Both the position numbers and the translations under genes were made by a program. 24,809 nucleotides of DNA from Nitrospira japonica. GTDB lineage: Bacteria > Nitrospirota > Thermodesulfovibrionia > Thermodesulfovibrionales > SM23-35. Positions 23,378 through 24,809 of the stretch are shown here, one piece after another; within the stretch, counting starts at the first letter, position 1; each line of letters opens with the position of its first letter. The stretch lies in assembly GCA_020725385.1 (NCBI GenBank), contig DYFC01000011.1:1-24809 (forward strand), written 5' to 3'. The notes beneath the pieces were generated by a model. It ran no database searches and was not told the DNA's origin. It worked only from the letters and a program-made list of their open reading frames with translations.

Positions 23378-24809
23378 ATGGAAAGGTTAGGAAACATAGA
23401 GGCATTGAAAAATCTCAGAAATTTCCTTGCCACTAATGAATATAGAACTGACAGAAAAACTATAAAAGTATGCTGCGGTCTTCCGTGCAGCACTCTTGGT
23501 TCTCACGAAGTTGCGGATGCTCTTGAGAAAGAAGCCTTAAAATTATCTTCTGATATTCGTATTGTGAGGACAGGATGTCAGGGATTGTGTCAAAAAGGGC
23601 CTTTAATTAAGATTGAACCCGAAGGTTATTTTTATAAAAAAGTATCTTCTGATAAGACAAAAGATGTTATTTCCTCTGTCACATTTTCAAATATTCCTGT
23701 AAGAGAACTTTTATACAGGGATTCTTTTCTCGATGAACCTGTATTGTTACAGAAAGAAGTTCCTTTTTATAAGAAACAATTAAAGATAGCTTTGCGTAAT
23801 ACAGGAAACATTGACCCTTTCAGTCTTAATGATTACGTTGCTTCAGGCGGATACCGCGCGACCGAAAAAATGTTTTCCTCTATGTCACCCGATGCAGTTC
23901 TTGAAGAAGTTAAAAAAGCTAATTTAAGGGGTAGGGGAGGAGCTGGATTTCCTGCAGGTGTTAAATGGGCTCATTGTAAGAAAGCTCCCGGGAAAATTAA
24001 ATTGGTTATTGCTAATGGTGATGAAGGAGACCCCGGTGCTTTTATGGACCGTTCTGTTATGGAAGGAGATCCATTCAGCCTTCTTGAAGGAATGCTTATT
24101 TGTGCTTATGCGATAGGTGCAAAATATGGTTTCATCTATGTTCGCCATGAGTATCCATTGGCAATTAAAACTCTTAAAGAAGCGATTAGACAGGCTGAAG
24201 AGGCAGGATTACTCGGTAAAAATATTCTTGGAACAGGCTTTGATTTTTATATAAAAATCAAAGAAGGAGCAGGAGCTTTTGTCTGTGGTGAATCAACGTC
24301 ACTTGTTGCATCACTTGAAGGGAAAAGAGGGTTCCCGAGCCCAAGACCTCCGAGACTTTCTGAAAAAGGAGGCGGAGCATGGGGTTATCCTTCAAATCTA
24401 AATAATATTGAAACTTATGCCTGTGTTCCCCCAATTATAGAAAATGGAGCAGAATGGTTTCTTAGTATTGGAACAGAAAGTTCACCCGGCACAAAAGTTT
24501 TTTCTCTTGCAGGAAAAGTGAGGAATACAGGTCTTGTAGAAGTGCCAATGGGAATAACTTTAAGAGAAATTATATTCGATATAGGTGGAGGAATAATCGG
24601 GGATAAGAAATTCAAGGCAGTACAGACAGGGGGGCCATCAGGAGGATGTATTCCGGAGCAATATCTTGATCTTCCTGTTGATTTTGATTCACTCTCAAAG
24701 GTTGGTTCAATAATGGGCTCTGGCGGAATGGTTGTAATGGATGAAGACAATTGCATGGTTGATGTAGCAAAATTCTTTCTTTCATTCACGCAGGCAGAAT
24801 CATGCGGAA
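23378..24809 (+). CDS. NuoF/HydB(BfuB)-like FMN and NAD(P)H-binding subunit, 3'-truncated by the window (477 codons visible; not in the ORF track)
   Basis: Manual translation from ATG 23378 (SD AAGGAG), open to the edge. N-terminal thioredoxin-like [2Fe-2S] domain VCCGLPC..TGCQGLC, LRGRGGAGFP, NGDEGDPGAFMDR, GAGAFVCGESTSL, NNIET, TKVFSLAGKV, QTGGPSGGC, NCMVD, ESCG. Confidence 0.94.
   Translation, partial: MERLGNIEALKNLRNFLATNEYRTDRKTIKVCCGLPCSTLGSHEVADALEKEALKLSSDIRIVRTGCQGLCQKGPLIKIEPEGYFYKKVSSDKTKDVISSVTFSNIPVRELLYRDSFLDEPVLLQKEVPFYKKQLKIALRNTGNIDPFSLNDYVASGGYRATEKMFSSMSPDAVLEEVKKANLRGRGGAGFPAGVKWAHCKKAPGKIKLVIANGDEGDPGAFMDRSVMEGDPFSLLEGMLICAYAIGAKYGFIYVRHEYPLAIKTLKEAIRQAEEAGLLGKNILGTGFDFYIKIKEGAGAFVCGESTSLVASLEGKRGFPSPRPPRLSEKGGGAWGYPSNLNNIETYACVPPIIENGAEWFLSIGTESSPGTKVFSLAGKVRNTGLVEVPMGITLREIIFDIGGGIIGDKKFKAVQTGGPSGGCIPEQYLDLPVDFDSLSKVGSIMGSGGMVVMDEDNCMVDVAKFFLSFTQAESCG

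Noticed and set aside
748-24789. Remaining short ORFs antisense to or nested in long genes (e.g. 748-948, 2577-2981, 7240-7614, 13154-13669, 22138-22410, 24415-24789)
   Set aside because: Shadow ORFs of well-supported genes with no motifs of their own; 23924-24148 and 24415-24789 are antisense to the HydB-like CDS.
22847-24809. Calling these genes respiratory complex I nuoE/nuoF
   Set aside because: No nuoA-D upstream, an extra N-terminal [2Fe-2S] domain and GDPGAFM/GGPSG motifs point to the HydBC/Bfu type; gene symbols withheld.
15273-24809. Selenocysteine/pyrrolysine recoding or frameshifts in the redox genes
   Set aside because: All frames are continuous, of expected length and end in TAA; no in-frame TGA or TAG was seen in the visible part of the HydB-like gene.

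Overview
AT-rich chromosomal window from an anaerobic, flagellated bacterium. Gene content suggests Nitrospirota (Thermodesulfovibrionia-like) or a Desulfobacterota-like lineage; this is inference, not a database result. It has four blocks. (1) 1-6181 is a late flagellar region: a flagellin 5' end missed by the ORF track and back-to-back sigma-28 promoters, followed by a small DVU0524-like protein, a three-gene signalling module (REC-SHOCT-like, REC-GAF-HD-GYP, pseudo-REC-PAS histidine kinase) and motAB separated by a REP-like palindromic element. (2) 6219-10835 is housekeeping: hypothetical-pilD-kinase-panB on the minus strand and a THUMP RNA methyltransferase. (3) 10902-14950 holds rimP-nusA-recG (recG where infB is usually found) with a rimP-leader hairpin, and a Pro/Ala-repeat lipoprotein. 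(4) 15273-end is a CODH/ACS cluster ordered acsE-acsD-acsC-acsB-acsA with no maturation genes. It runs directly into a NuoE/HydC-like gene and a NuoF/HydB-like gene that is truncated by the window edge and missed by the ORF track. The HydB-like subunit has electron-bifurcating-type signatures plus nucleotide-pocket substitutions suggesting NADP(H). The best candidates for undescribed systems are this CODH/ACS-linked flavin module and the putative sigma-28-controlled c-di-GMP module between flagellin and the stator. No CRISPR array, tRNA/rRNA or transposase was seen.
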